Shown piece by piece: positions 18,629 to 28,649 of a DNA stretch of 64,000 nucleotides (its first letter is position 1; each line of letters starts with the position of its first letter). The DNA is from a bacterium (GTDB lineage: Bacteria; Patescibacteriota; Minisyncoccia; UBA6257; Colwellbacteraceae). A model generated the notes under the pieces. That model saw nothing but the letters and a program-made list of their open reading frames with translations, was not told the origin of the DNA and did not search any database. The position numbers and the translations under genes are program-made. The stretch lies in the NCBI GenBank assembly GCA_029548485.1, contig JAKPNH010000008.1:1563-65562 (forward strand), written 5' to 3'.

Positions 18629-20632
18629 TTATTTCCTGTTCAATCCCGATTTCTTCAATTCGGGCTTTCTTTTCATTTGCTCGGTCAAAACCTTGATTTC
18701 ATCCCTCAAGATGGCCGCCAGCTCGAAATCGAGTTCTTTGGCCGCGGCTTTCATTTCGCGTTCTTTCTGTTTCAGCATCGCCTCCAAAGCCTTTTCCGAT
18801 CTCGGCACCGGCTTCATTTCCAAATCGAGCAGCTCGTCGGTCGGCAAAATGTCTTTCACTTCCCGGACGATCGTCCGCGGCGTGATGTGATGCTCTTCGT
18901 TGTAGGCGAGCTGTATTTTCCGACGGCGTTCGGTCTCGCTCATGGCCCGCTCGATCGATCCGGTGATCGAATCGGCGTAGATCAAAACCTGGCCCCTGAC
19001 GTTTCTCGCGGCCCGGCCGATCGTCTGGATAAGCGACGTCTCACTCCGCAAAAAGCCTTCTTTGTCGGCGTCGAGTATTGCCACCAACGAGACTTCCGGC
19101 AAGTCCAACCCTTCCCTTAAAAGATTCACGCCCACGAGCACGTCGAAGGCGCCCCGCCGCAAATTGGTAAGGATCTTGATCCTTTCCAGGGTCTTCACGT
19201 CGCTGTGGAGATAGGTCACCTTGATCTTTTGCTCTTCGAGATAAGAGCTTAAATCCTCGGCCATGCGCTTGGTCAAGGTCGTCACGAGCACCCTCTCTTT
19301 GGATTCGACCCGCTCCCTGATCCGCGGAATCAGATCGTCGATCTGGCCCCTGGCCGGACGGACAATAAGCTCGGGATCGACCAGGCCGGTCGGCCTGATG
19401 ATCTGCTCGACGATTTTTCCGCTGCGGCGCTTCTCGTGCTCTCCGGGCGTGGCCGAAGTGTAAATCACCTGGCCCACTCGCTTCTCGAATTCCGGAAAAG
19501 TGAGCGGCCTGTTGTCAGCGGCCGAAGGCAGCCTGAAGCCATATTCGATCAAAGTCTTTTTCCTCGAGGCGTCTCCTTCGTACATGCCCCTCAATTGGGG
19601 AACGGTCACGTGCGATTCGTCGATCACCACGAGAAAATCTTTGGGGAAATAATCGAGCAAAGTCGAAGGCGGTTCGCCCGCGGCCCGGCCGGAAAGATGA
19701 CGCGAATAATTCTCGATGCCGTTGCAATATCCGATTTCCCGCATCATGGCGATGTCGGCCCGGGTCCGGCGCTCCAATCTCTCGGCTTCCAAAAACAGTT
19801 TTTTGGATTCGAAAAACTTCAGCCTTTCCTCGAGTTCTTTTTCTATATTCGACAAAGCGGCTTCCCGCTCTTTGTCCAAGGTGATGAAATGCTTGGCCGG
19901 GGAAATGAAAACCTCCGGAACCGACGGAGTCTTGTCCGGCTCGTAGCCCGCGACTGGATCGATCCTCAATATTTCCGCGATTTCGCCGGATTCCAAACGG
20001 AAATTGTAGATCGTTTCCTCGTTCGGCGGCATTATTTCCCAGTTGTCTCCGCGAAGCCTGAAAGTGCCCCGTTTAAGATCGGCGTTGGTGCGATGGAACT
20101 GCATTTTAATGAATTGCCTCATCAGTTCCTGCCGCGTGATCTTGTCCCCGACTTTAAAATGAAGAATATTTTTCTCGTAAACTTCCGGGCTTCCCAAGCC
20201 GTAGATGCAGGAAACCGAAGCCACGATGATGACGTCTTTCCGGGTTAAGAGGCTCGTGGTCGCCGCGTGCCTAAGTTTGTCGATTTCGTCGTTGATCAAA
20301 GCTTCTTTGCCGATATAGGTGTCGGTCCGCGGCATGTAGGCTTCGGGCTGGTAATAATCGTAATAAGAGACGAAATAATGGACCGCGTTTTCCGGAAAAA
20401 GCTCCCGAAACTCGTTGCAGAGCTGGGCCGCCAAAGTTTTGTTGTGGGCTATCACCAATGTCGGCCGATTGACATCTTTGACGACGTTCGCCACGGTAAA
20501 GGTTTTACCCGATCCGGTAACGCCCAAAAGGGTCTGCTCTTTGAGACCCTGATTCAAGCCCGAAACCAGCTCTTCGATCGCCTTGGGCTGGTCTCCGGCC
20601 GGTTTGTTTTTGGAAATCAATTTAAACGCCAT
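18629..20632 (-). CDS. uvrB: excinuclease ABC subunit B
   Basis: Helicase motifs ([10 protein letters not shown]), UvrB beta-hairpin region and C-terminal UVR domain. Confidence 0.95.
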   Translation of the reverse strand: MAFKLISKNKPAGDQPKAIEELVSGLNQGLKEQTLLGVTGSGKTFTVANVVKDVNRPTLVIAHNKTLAAQLCNEFRELFPENAVHYFVSYYDYYQPEAYMPRTDTYIGKEALINDEIDKLRHAATTSLLTRKDVIIVASVSCIYGLGSPEVYEKNILHFKVGDKITRQELMRQFIKMQFHRTNADLKRGTFRLRGDNWEIMPPNEETIYNFRLESGEIAEILRIDPVAGYEPDKTPSVPEVFISPAKHFITLDKEREAALSNIEKELEERLKFFESKKLFLEAERLERRTRADIAMMREIGYCNGIENYSRHLSGRAAGEPPSTLLDYFPKDFLVVIDESHVTVPQLRGMYEGDASRKKTLIEYGFRLPSAADNRPLTFPEFEKRVGQVIYTSATPGEHEKRRSGKIVEQIIRPTGLVDPELIVRPARGQIDDLIPRIRERVESKERVLVTTLTKRMAEDLSSYLEEQKIKVTYLHSDVKTLERIKILTNLRRGAFDVLVGVNLLREGLDLPEVSLVAILDADKEGFLRSETSLIQTIGRAARNVRGQVLIYADSITGSIERAMSETERRRKIQLAYNEEHHITPRTIVREVKDILPTDELLDLEMKPVPRSEKALEAMLKQKEREMKAAAKELDFELAAILRDEIKVLTEQMKRKPELKKSGLNRK

Positions 20633-20801
20633 TTGAACAGCAAAATTTCCCCCGGTTTTGCTTTCATATAAGGGAGTATGAAGGGTTTATACCACAAAAA
20701 CAACGGAAAATCAAGGGAGGTTTTAATTAGTATAGACTTTAATACCCGCTTTTATTATGATAAAAAAAGTAACTTAACATTTTGCTAAGGAGGATAATAA
20801 G

Positions 20802-21329
20802 ATGGGGTCCTTAGGCACGACAATTATCATAAAACCCGATGCGTTTCTTGATAATGTCGATTGGCTTGTGATTAAGGATTTCATTGAAGCTGGCGTTCAA
20901 GTCATCTGGGGGAAATATGTCCAGATACCAGAAGAAGCCGTCAGATATCTTTACGCAGATCAAACTATGAAACCATTCTACTCTTCTATAGTGAGGTCTA
21001 TCACTATAGGTACATCTTTAATTCTTGTCGCGGTTATCGATGACATCTCACGCCTTCGCAAGATTAAGGGTGTTCCTGGTATATCTGGTATTCGTGGCAA
21101 GTATTGTCTGTCTAAAGAAGCGCTGGCATCTACTGGATTATCGGGGGAGAACCTTGAAGATAAAGTTTCGGAGAATAGAATCCATACCCCCGATTCTCTT
21201 GAAGAGACGGCTATAATTCTACAGATGTTTTTTACCGACCAGGAAATAAAAACAATAAAACTACATCCTGCATTTTCATTCCTGGAAGAATTCGATAGAA
21301 TTATAGCGCTACCTAAATTCTCTGGATAA
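20802..21329 (+). CDS. nucleoside diphosphate kinase-like protein (divergent NDK)
   Basis: NDK-like pattern: IIIKPDAF (Lys), KPFY, G...V...R...G, IRG, NRIHTPDS with a candidate catalytic His; AGGAGG RBS. Confidence 0.6.
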   Translation: MGSLGTTIIIKPDAFLDNVDWLVIKDFIEAGVQVIWGKYVQIPEEAVRYLYADQTMKPFYSSIVRSITIGTSLILVAVIDDISRLRKIKGVPGISGIRGKYCLSKEALASTGLSGENLEDKVSENRIHTPDSLEETAIILQMFFTDQEIKTIKLHPAFSFLEEFDRIIALPKFSG

Positions 21330-21330
21330 A

Positions 21331-21361
21331 AACATCATGGTATTCGCCATGATGTTTTTTG
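21331..21361 (+). terminator. rho-independent terminator after the NDK-like gene
   Basis: acatcatgg-loop-ccatgatgt followed by TTTTTTT. Confidence 0.55.
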
Positions 21362-21383
21362 TAAATCAAATTATTATTTAAAG

Positions 21384-21908
21384 ATGAATGGACATAAAAT
21401 TCATATTACTTGTATCAACGGCTCTTCTATAGATGGACGAATTACTGATGTCCATCGCCACTTTCACCAATGGTCCAGCCAAGAAGATCAGAAGTTTCTT
21501 AAATCAGAAATCAAAAAAGCCGACTGTATTATTGTGGGTTATATAACTTATAAACGTTCAGTTAATTTATTAAAGAATAAAAGAACTATCGTATTTAATC
21601 GTAGAAATATAAAATATCTTGGTAATAATATCTATTTTATTAAACCGAACAGGAAAACTCTTTTTAAAATATTACATTCTACACAATCAAGAAAAGCACT
21701 TGTAATAGGTGGAATGAACACATATTCATGGTTTATAAAACAAAATATAGTAGATAAATGGTACATAACAATAGAACCATACTTTTTTGGCACCGGGCTG
21801 CCTCTTTTAAAGATTAAGGAGTTTAAACCTAAAAATGCTCGATTAGAATCAGTTAAAAGAATTAATAATAAAGGAACTCTATTATTAAAATATAGTATCA
21901 ATAAATAG
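21384..21908 (+). CDS. dihydrofolate-reductase-like / RibD C-terminal-domain reductase
   Basis: DHFR-fold signatures (ITCINGSSIDGRI, ALVIGGMNTYSWF...TIEPYFFGTGLPLL). Confidence 0.6.
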   Translation: MNGHKIHITCINGSSIDGRITDVHRHFHQWSSQEDQKFLKSEIKKADCIIVGYITYKRSVNLLKNKRTIVFNRRNIKYLGNNIYFIKPNRKTLFKILHSTQSRKALVIGGMNTYSWFIKQNIVDKWYITIEPYFFGTGLPLLKIKEFKPKNARLESVKRINNKGTLLLKYSINK

Positions 21909-21930
21909 TTTCCTTATTACAACTATTGTA

Positions 21931-22506
21931 TTAATAAATATGCCCAAATTGATGTAAATACTTATATACAATCTCCATAGGCATGCCGTAAGCTCCGGTA
22001 TATGAACCATTGATCGATTGAACCAAAGTAAATCCGGGTGCATCAATAAACAAACCTAAACCACTCGCCATTCTTAATGGAAAATTATCTTTAAAAAGTC
22101 TTTCTAGGTCGCTACGATCAAATTTTTGATACGTAATTCTCGTCTTCGATAACTTGGTGAAGAAACCTTTTCGCGGATCGTACAAAGTTATTCCGGTTAA
22201 CGCAAGTATCTTTTTCCCGCTTTGCTTAATAGCCATACGATAAGCCTCTTCCATATCTTTAGGCTTGCCGATAGTTTCTCCATCAAGAAGAGTTAAGGTG
22301 TCTGCGGCAATAATTATCGATTCCGGATGCCTATCTCTAACTGATTCGCATTTCTCTAGTGAAATCCCCCGTACTCGATCTTCGGGATCCAAATAATCAA
22401 ACTTGGACTCGTCTATATCGGCCGGATCAATGTTAAAATCAAGCTTTGATTTTTCTAAAACAAGTTTCTTAAGAAAGGAATTTGACGCTAGGATTATCTT
22501 TTTCAT
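21931..22506 (-). CDS. maf: Maf-family nucleoside triphosphate pyrophosphatase
   Basis: Maf/Ham1 motifs: ILASNS, IIIAADTL..DGETIGKP. Confidence 0.8.
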   Translation of the reverse strand: MKKIILASNSFLKKLVLEKSKLDFNIDPADIDESKFDYLDPEDRVRGISLEKCESVRDRHPESIIIAADTLTLLDGETIGKPKDMEEAYRMAIKQSGKKILALTGITLYDPRKGFFTKLSKTRITYQKFDRSDLERLFKDNFPLRMASGLGLFIDAPGFTLVQSINGSYTGAYGMPMEIVYKYLHQFGHIY

Positions 22507-22509
22507 TTA

Positions 22510-23157
22510 TTATTTATGTTTTTTAGCTCTATATTTATTATAGACTTTATTATATGCAGAAAGATTCATCCATTCCCAAGGATATTCTATATATTGCATA
22601 GTTTCCTTCATAGATATTTTCTCGCTATATACATTAGGTTGTATGATGGCTTTTTCTCGCCAAGGGAAATCTCGTGCTCCTTTAAAATCCACAAAGTGTA
22701 AAGTCGCTATGCGAGAATCTGTATTAAACTTACGATCTATATATTTTTTTACAAATAAAGCAGTCCTGCCCGTTATATATGGTGTATCTAAAATCCAGAT
22801 CTCTCCGCCGTTCTTCATTAATTCTTTAATACTAACGCTTGAAAGATTATCTAAACCTTGCTCTAGAATAGGACGCTCTTTACTTGTATTATGATTAATA
22901 TACGATGCTATTACAGTAAATATCTTATATTTAATTTTTTTATTTTCGAAGAAATTGCACAGAATTCTAGAAAAAACCCATGCTCCACGACCTACTGAAA
23001 TAAATATTGGATGTTTACTAATCTTTTTTATCTTATGTGCGATAATCTCTGTCTGGCAAAAAATGTCATTAAAATCATACCAGATTCCATGTCCTGTTTT
23101 GTACGCCGTAAATAATCGCCGATCTTCTCGAGATCTTATTGTCTGTCTATTCTTCAT
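22510..23157 (-). CDS. type I phosphoribosyltransferase-like protein
   Basis: PRPP-binding-like loop EIWILDTPYITGRT preceded by a hydrophobic strand (IFISVGRGAWVF); substrate unknown. Confidence 0.5.
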   Translation of the reverse strand: MKNRQTIRSREDRRLFTAYKTGHGIWYDFNDIFCQTEIIAHKIKKISKHPIFISVGRGAWVFSRILCNFFENKKIKYKIFTVIASYINHNTSKERPILEQGLDNLSSVSIKELMKNGGEIWILDTPYITGRTALFVKKYIDRKFNTDSRIATLHFVDFKGARDFPWREKAIIQPNVYSEKISMKETMQYIEYPWEWMNLSAYNKVYNKYRAKKHK

Positions 23158-23226
23158 AATAATTTTAAGCCTACAATATACCTCTTATATTGACAAATAT
23201 ACTTATTTGTTATAAAAAACATATAA

Positions 23227-23784
23227 ATGAATAATGAATCTTTAGAGGATGCCTGCAAAAAACTCGTTAGCGTTCTTAATCCAGAATGGGAGACAAATCC
23301 CGACATGAAGGAAACCCCTTTAAGAATTGCTAAAATGTATGCTAGCTTCTTTAGAAACGAAGACACCACGCAATATTTTAGTAAAAGATTCCCTACTAAA
23401 AACAAAGAGTTAGTTATTTTAAAAAATATTGAATGTTTCGGTATGTGTCCACATCACCTTACGCCCGTAATTTATAATGTGCATATAGGATATATTCCGC
23501 GTGGTTGGGCTATCGGTCTAAGCAAATTAGCTAGAATTGCTATTGCTTTATGTAGCTACCCTAAACTTCAAGAGAACTTTACTTCAGAAGTAGCTAATGT
23601 CATTAATGATAATTTAAAGCCTAGAGGAGTAATCGTTGTGGTAGAAGGTATTCATAACTGTATTAGATGCCGAGGAGTTGAAAAGCTTTCAACATGTATA
23701 ACTTCTGAGATCAGAGGAGTATTTATTAATCATCCTGAAACTAAACAGGAATTTATTAGTTTAATAAGTTTAAACAATTATTGA
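23227..23784 (+). CDS. folE: GTP cyclohydrolase I
   Basis: Zinc/active-site motifs CPHHLTP...HIGYIP, GLSKLARI, VVVEGIHNCIRCRGV. Confidence 0.85.
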   Translation: MNNESLEDACKKLVSVLNPEWETNPDMKETPLRIAKMYASFFRNEDTTQYFSKRFPTKNKELVILKNIECFGMCPHHLTPVIYNVHIGYIPRGWAIGLSKLARIAIALCSYPKLQENFTSEVANVINDNLKPRGVIVVVEGIHNCIRCRGVEKLSTCITSEIRGVFINHPETKQEFISLISLNNY

Positions 23785-23813
23785 TATAAATCCATTATTA
23801 AAAATGGATAAAT

Positions 23814-24401
23814 CTACTTGTAATAAGCCCGGTTTTCCATCCGGAAATCCACGTACTGGAGGTTTTTCATTTCCCCGGATTTCATCAGTGATTCCAAAAC
23901 CGGAACCGCGAAATCCGGAGAGTTCTTGAGGCTGAAATAAAACTTGGTTCCGGAATCGATTTCGATACACGCCTCCTTAAGGGATAGATCGCCGAGATCA
24001 ATGACGCCGAAATTGAAGCCGAGCTCTTTCATGATCGCGGAAATCCGGTAAAGGTTTTCGGCTTCGCTCAAGTCAAGCGCCTGGTCTCCGGTTTTCATTC
24101 CGTCCGAAAGCGCCTTCACGGTTTTGATCAAACTCCCTTCGGTTTTCGGGGCCTCCTCGAAAAGCCTGCCGTCGCTTCCCAGCCAAAAGCATTTTTCGGA
24201 GCACCAGATGATGGTTTTTTCCGGCAAAAGAGCCGGGTCGGCCGCGTCCGGATCTCCGGACGTAATCTTCTCGTAAACGAACACCGCCTTGGCCAAAGCC
24301 CAATCCTTCAAAGAAACCAAATAATCGGGATTAGTTTTCCAAAACCACCCGATTCCGGCGACGGCGATTATAAGCGATACGAGCCGAATGATCCGGCGCA
24401 T
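23814..24401 (-). CDS. membrane-anchored hypothetical protein, possibly FtsQ/DivIB-like
   Basis: Single N-terminal TM plus C-terminal VDFRMENRAYYK resembling the FtsQ C-terminal DLRY region; ATG at 24399-24401 chosen to avoid a 35-nt overlap with serS. Confidence 0.35.
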   Translation of the reverse strand: MRRIIRLVSLIIAVAGIGWFWKTNPDYLVSLKDWALAKAVFVYEKITSGDPDAADPALLPEKTIIWCSEKCFWLGSDGRLFEEAPKTEGSLIKTVKALSDGMKTGDQALDLSEAENLYRISAIMKELGFNFGVIDLGDLSLKEACIEIDSGTKFYFSLKNSPDFAVPVLESLMKSGEMKNLQYVDFRMENRAYYK

Positions 24402-24405
24402 TGTT

Positions 24406-25641
24406 TTATCTCTGAATGGACAGCTTCTCCTTTCCGACAAAATCCCGCAAAGCTTCCGGCACCAAGACTTCTCCGGCTGCGGTCTGGTAGTTCTCCAGAA
24501 TGGCGATGAGCATCCGGCCTATGGCGAAAGCGGTCGCGTTCAGAGTATGGACGTATTTCGATTCTCCGGTGGATTTGACGCGGTATTTGATGTTCAGCCC
24601 ACGCGCCTGGAAATCGCCGGTATTCGAACAAGACATGGTTTCGCGGTATTTTCCCTGTCCGGGAAGCCAGGTTTCCACGTCGAACTGCCGGTAATCCCCG
24701 AATCCCATGTCGCCAGTGCAAATGGCCATCACCTGGTAAGGGAGCTTGAGCTTTCCTAATAGTTCTTCTTCTCTCGCGAGAAGGAATCTATGCTCTTCTT
24801 CCGAATCTTCGGGCTTGGAAAAAGAAAACATCTCCACTTTGTCGAACTGATGCACGCGTAGTATTCCTTTGGTGTCTTTGCCGTAGCTTCCGGCTTCGCG
24901 TCGGAAACAGGTGGAAAATCCCATGTAGCGCCTGGGCAACGACTCCTCGTCCAGGGTTTCTTCCATATGCAAGGGGCCGATCGAATGTTCGGAGCTGCCG
25001 ACAAGGTAAAGATCGTCTTCCTGGATGTAAAAAGCGTCTCCGGCTTCCAAGAACTTTTGCTTGCCCATTCCCTTCATGATTTCCGGTTTAGCCATCACTG
25101 GCGGGATGGTGGGAATGAATCCGTAGGGTTCTAGCGTGTCCATGGCGAGTTTTACCAAAGCGAATTCCAGCCTCGCCAAATCTCCGAAAATATACCCGAA
25201 CCTGCTCGAAGCGACTTTGGCCGCCTGTTCGGTGTTAATCAATTTCCCCGCCAGGAACAGATAATCCCTAGGCTCGAAACCGAATTCCGGCCGTTCGCCG
25301 ACTTGCTTCAAGACGATGTTTTCGCTGTCGTCTTTGCCCTCCGGAACATCGTCCGCCGGAATGTTCGGAATCTGCTCCAGGATAGCCTGCCTTTCTTTTT
25401 CCAAACCGACGATCGCCTCTTCTTTGGCCGCGATTTCTTCTTTGACGGCCTTGGCTTCGTTTCTCGATTCCGGTCCGAAAGCCTTTTGCTTGGCTCGGAG
25501 CTCGTCGATTTCTTTTTTCCCGGCGCGCCAGTCGGCGTCGAGCTCCAGAAAAGTGTCCACCAGCCCGGGATCATAATTTTTGCGCTCCATGCCCTTTCTG
25601 GCTTTTTCGGGATTCTCCCTGATTAAATTGATGTCGATCAT
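24406..25641 (-). CDS. serS: seryl-tRNA synthetase
   Basis: N-terminal coiled-coil arm and class II motifs. Confidence 0.95.
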   Translation of the reverse strand: MIDINLIRENPEKARKGMERKNYDPGLVDTFLELDADWRAGKKEIDELRAKQKAFGPESRNEAKAVKEEIAAKEEAIVGLEKERQAILEQIPNIPADDVPEGKDDSENIVLKQVGERPEFGFEPRDYLFLAGKLINTEQAAKVASSRFGYIFGDLARLEFALVKLAMDTLEPYGFIPTIPPVMAKPEIMKGMGKQKFLEAGDAFYIQEDDLYLVGSSEHSIGPLHMEETLDEESLPRRYMGFSTCFRREAGSYGKDTKGILRVHQFDKVEMFSFSKPEDSEEEHRFLLAREEELLGKLKLPYQVMAICTGDMGFGDYRQFDVETWLPGQGKYRETMSCSNTGDFQARGLNIKYRVKSTGESKYVHTLNATAFAIGRMLIAILENYQTAAGEVLVPEALRDFVGKEKLSIQR

Positions 25642-25645
25642 TTTA

Positions 25646-26989
25646 TTATTGAAGCTGTTTTTTCGGCCTTAGGGTCGGAAAGATTATTATTTCTTTCAGG
25701 GGCTTGCCGGTGATGAGAGACACCAGCCGATCGATGCCGATACCGATTCCGGCCGCCGGCGGCATGCCGTATTCGACGGCTTCGATGAAATCCTCGTCGA
25801 ACCTGGTCGTTTCCTCGTCTCCGGCCCGATAACGTTGCTCCTGGTCTTCCATGCGTTCGCGCTGGTCGATCGGATCGTTCAATTCCGAAAAAGCGTTGGC
25901 CACTTCGGTTCCCTTGACGATCAGCTGGAACCTTTCGACGAGCCGCGGATCTTTTTCGTCGAGCTTAGCGAGCGGCGAGATGGCTTTCGGGTGTCCGGTA
26001 AGAAACACCGGCTTCACCAGCTTCGGACGCACCTCTTTCTTGAAAACCTCGTCGATTTTGCCTTCGGGAATCTTCATCAGATCGCGGCCGGCGTATTTTT
26101 TCATCGCCTCCGCGTAGGTGATCCGGCCGTATTTTCCCGGAATGAATTTTTTCAGAAGCTTTTCCGTGAATTTCATCAAACCTTCGTAATCCTGGTAAGC
26201 CCAGTAAAGCTCGAGCATGGTGAATTCCGGATTATGCTCGCGGTCCATGCCTTCGTTCCTGAAATTCCGGCCGATCTCGAAAATCTTGGAGAATCCGGCG
26301 ACCAAAAGCCTTTTCAAATAGAGCTCAGGGGCCACCCTTAGATAAAAATCCGTGTCCAGTGCGTTGTGGTGCGTTTTGAAAGGCCTGGCGAGCGCTCCCC
26401 CGGGAATCGGCTGGAGCATCGGCGTTTCCACTTCCATAAATCCTTCAGAGGCCAATGTTTCCCGAAGCGAGGCCAGGATTTCCGAACGCAAAACCAGGTC
26501 TTTTTTGACGTCCTCGTTCAAAATTATATCGAGATACCGCTTTCGGAACCGCTCTTCGACGTCGTCCAGACCGAACCAACTCGAAGGGATCGGCCGCAGC
26601 GATTTCCCGACCAAACGGCAAGCTTTGGCTTCGACGCTTTTCTCGCCTTTTTTCGTTTTGAACAGGATTCCGCCGACTTCCATGAAATCTCCGGCGTCGA
26701 AGATTTCTTTCAAAAACTTGAAATCTTTCAGGTTTTTTTTCGTCAAAACAGCCTGGATTTTTCCGGTACCGTCGTCGATATCGGCGAAAATCACGCCTCC
26801 CTGATCGCGGAAAGAAATAACCCTTCCGACCAAATAGACTTTCTTCTTTTCCCGGCTGAACTTCGCAAATCCGTTCAAAGCTTCGGCCACGGACATGGTC
26901 CTTTTCACTCTCGCCGGATAAGGATTGATCCCTTCCCGGCGCAGTGTCTCCAGCTTTTTCCTCCGCGATTCGATGATATCTTCCAGCAT
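25646..26989 (-). CDS. lysS: lysyl-tRNA synthetase (class II)
   Basis: OB anticodon-binding N-terminus; FRNEGMDREHNPEFTMLELYWAY motif 2. Confidence 0.9.
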   Translation of the reverse strand: MLEDIIESRRKKLETLRREGINPYPARVKRTMSVAEALNGFAKFSREKKKVYLVGRVISFRDQGGVIFADIDDGTGKIQAVLTKKNLKDFKFLKEIFDAGDFMEVGGILFKTKKGEKSVEAKACRLVGKSLRPIPSSWFGLDDVEERFRKRYLDIILNEDVKKDLVLRSEILASLRETLASEGFMEVETPMLQPIPGGALARPFKTHHNALDTDFYLRVAPELYLKRLLVAGFSKIFEIGRNFRNEGMDREHNPEFTMLELYWAYQDYEGLMKFTEKLLKKFIPGKYGRITYAEAMKKYAGRDLMKIPEGKIDEVFKKEVRPKLVKPVFLTGHPKAISPLAKLDEKDPRLVERFQLIVKGTEVANAFSELNDPIDQRERMEDQEQRYRAGDEETTRFDEDFIEAVEYGMPPAAGIGIGIDRLVSLITGKPLKEIIIFPTLRPKKQLQ

Positions 26990-27067
26990 GGTTTTATTGA
27001 ATAATCTTAAACCATTTCTTCTTATTTACAAATTCCCCCGCTTTTGGCGGGGAACTCGAAGACTTTA

Positions 27068-27529
27068 TTATTCTCCGATCTTAGTTACGAGATAGGCGAT
27101 TTCCTGGCCGGCCGGATTCTTGAACACGGCCTCGTCCCCGACCTTCTTGCCGAGGAGCGCCCGGCCGAGCGGAGACTCGTTCGAAATCAACCCTTCTTCC
27201 GGCTTGGTTTCGTTGGAGCCGACGATGACTATCTTTCTCTTATCGCCGTTCCGCGCCACTTCGACGGTCGAACCGATGTCGACCACTTCCTGCTGGGCGA
27301 CTTTTTTAATGATGACGGCGCTTTTGATGATGTCTTCCAATTCTTCGATGCGGCTTTCGATCCGGTCCTGCTCCTCCCTCGCGTTCTCGTATTCGGCGTT
27401 TTCCGAAAGATCCCCGTATTCCTTGGCTTTCTTGATCCTGTCGGAAACCTCGATCCGGCTCACGGTTTTCAGTTCGACCAATTCTTTCTTCAACTCCTCA
27501 AGCCTTGCGGCCGACAAATAATAATTCAT
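27068..27529 (-). CDS. greA: transcription elongation factor GreA
   Basis: Coiled-coil N-terminus with DLSENAEY acidic tip and FKBP-like C-terminal domain. Confidence 0.9.
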   Translation of the reverse strand: MNYYLSAARLEELKKELVELKTVSRIEVSDRIKKAKEYGDLSENAEYENAREEQDRIESRIEELEDIIKSAVIIKKVAQQEVVDIGSTVEVARNGDKRKIVIVGSNETKPEEGLISNESPLGRALLGKKVGDEAVFKNPAGQEIAYLVTKIGE

Positions 27530-27536
27530 TTGTTTT

Positions 27537-28229
27537 TTAATTGTTTTTATTTTTCAAACGATAAACGTCCCGACGCAAACCGTAGGCGACTCGGATAAGC
27601 GGACCGAGATTGCCTCGGAAATTATTCAAAGAAGACGCTTCTCCTACGATTCCACCCGTATCCACGGTCTTGATTTTGAAACCGGCCTGTCCGGCGACGA
27701 CCACTGGCTCCCAGACAGCTCCAGGTCCGGGAAGCCTGATCTTCGGAAAAACCTGCGTTCCGCATCCGCGGCGGAATCCGGCGATTCCGGAAAACAGATC
27801 CCCGTGCTTGATTTCCAAAAGCGATTCCGCCAACCGGTTCCTGTTCTTGGCGCCCTGGGGAATGAAAACGTCGAAAATCCGCGCCTTGTCGGCCGTAAAC
27901 GCCGAGGACATCCGGGAAAGGGTTTCTCCGATTTTGGCCGCCCTGGGATCGACAACCACGAGCGACTCCCCGGCAGACGCCTCGACGGCCGCCTGTAAAG
28001 CTTTTCCGCGGTGCCCGACCGTTCCCCCGGAAACCAAATCCAAGTTCCTGACAAGCGCTGAAAAACGGCGGACTATGTCCGCCGTCTGGTCGGCCGACTT
28101 GGCGTCGGCCACGATGATTTCGTATTCGAATCCGGATTCCCGCAAGAATTTGTCCGCGCCTATAAGAGCTAGCGGCAATGATTTGCCGCTCTCATAAGTC
28201 GGAATGATGACGGAGAAGAGTGGCTTCAT
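27537..28229 (-). CDS. glycosyltransferase family 2
   Basis: N-terminal SVIIPTYE motif and GT-A fold features. Confidence 0.8.
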   Translation of the reverse strand: MKPLFSVIIPTYESGKSLPLALIGADKFLRESGFEYEIIVADAKSADQTADIVRRFSALVRNLDLVSGGTVGHRGKALQAAVEASAGESLVVVDPRAAKIGETLSRMSSAFTADKARIFDVFIPQGAKNRNRLAESLLEIKHGDLFSGIAGFRRGCGTQVFPKIRLPGPGAVWEPVVVAGQAGFKIKTVDTGGIVGEASSLNNFRGNLGPLIRVAYGLRRDVYRLKNKNN

Positions 28230-28239
28230 TTTGTAGGAT

Positions 28240-28647
28240 TTAGCGTTTGGCCCACTGCGGAGCGCGCCTGGCTTTTTTCAGGCCGTATTTCTTCCTTTCA
28301 ACCATGCGCGGATCCCTTGTCAAAAGCCCGGCGGCTTTGAGGGTCGGCCGATGGCCTGGATCCATCTTGATGAACGCCCGGGCGATCCCCAAGGAAACGG
28401 CTCCGGCCTGGCTCGGCAATCCGCTTCCGGAGGCTTTGGCGCTCACGCCGATTTTTTCCGCGGCAATCAATTTGAGCGGAGCGTAGGCGTTGACGCGGTC
28501 GCGGTCGGTCTTGAAATACTTTTTATAATCCAAACCGTTCACCGTAAGGCCCGTTTCTCCCGAAACGATCCTGACGCGGGCCACAGCCGTTTTCCTCCGG
28601 CCCACGGCCTCGAAATATTTCCCTTCTTTTTTGCTTTCTTTTGCCAT
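28240..28647 (-). CDS. rpsI: 30S ribosomal protein S9
   Basis: S9 family; basic C-terminus ...RRAPQWAKR. Confidence 0.95.
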   Translation of the reverse strand: MAKESKKEGKYFEAVGRRKTAVARVRIVSGETGLTVNGLDYKKYFKTDRDRVNAYAPLKLIAAEKIGVSAKASGSGLPSQAGAVSLGIARAFIKMDPGHRPTLKAAGLLTRDPRMVERKKYGLKKARRAPQWAKR

Positions 28648-28649
28648 TG

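Larger units (their letters stand above)
20640..23810. other. AT-rich compositional island (about 3.2 kb, five genes) with atypical codon usage, putative horizontally acquired module
   Basis: Abrupt drop in GC (about 30-35% by eye against about 55-60% flanking); A/T-ending codons dominate; sharp borders at the uvrB start and the FtsQ-like gene stop. Confidence 0.6.

Noticed and set aside
22510-23157. Calling the island PRTase-like gene a specific hypoxanthine / xanthine-guanine PRTase or ComF paralog
   Set aside because: Only the PRPP-loop-like segment (ILDTPYITGRT) and fold-level features are recognisable; the substrate cannot be inferred without profile searches
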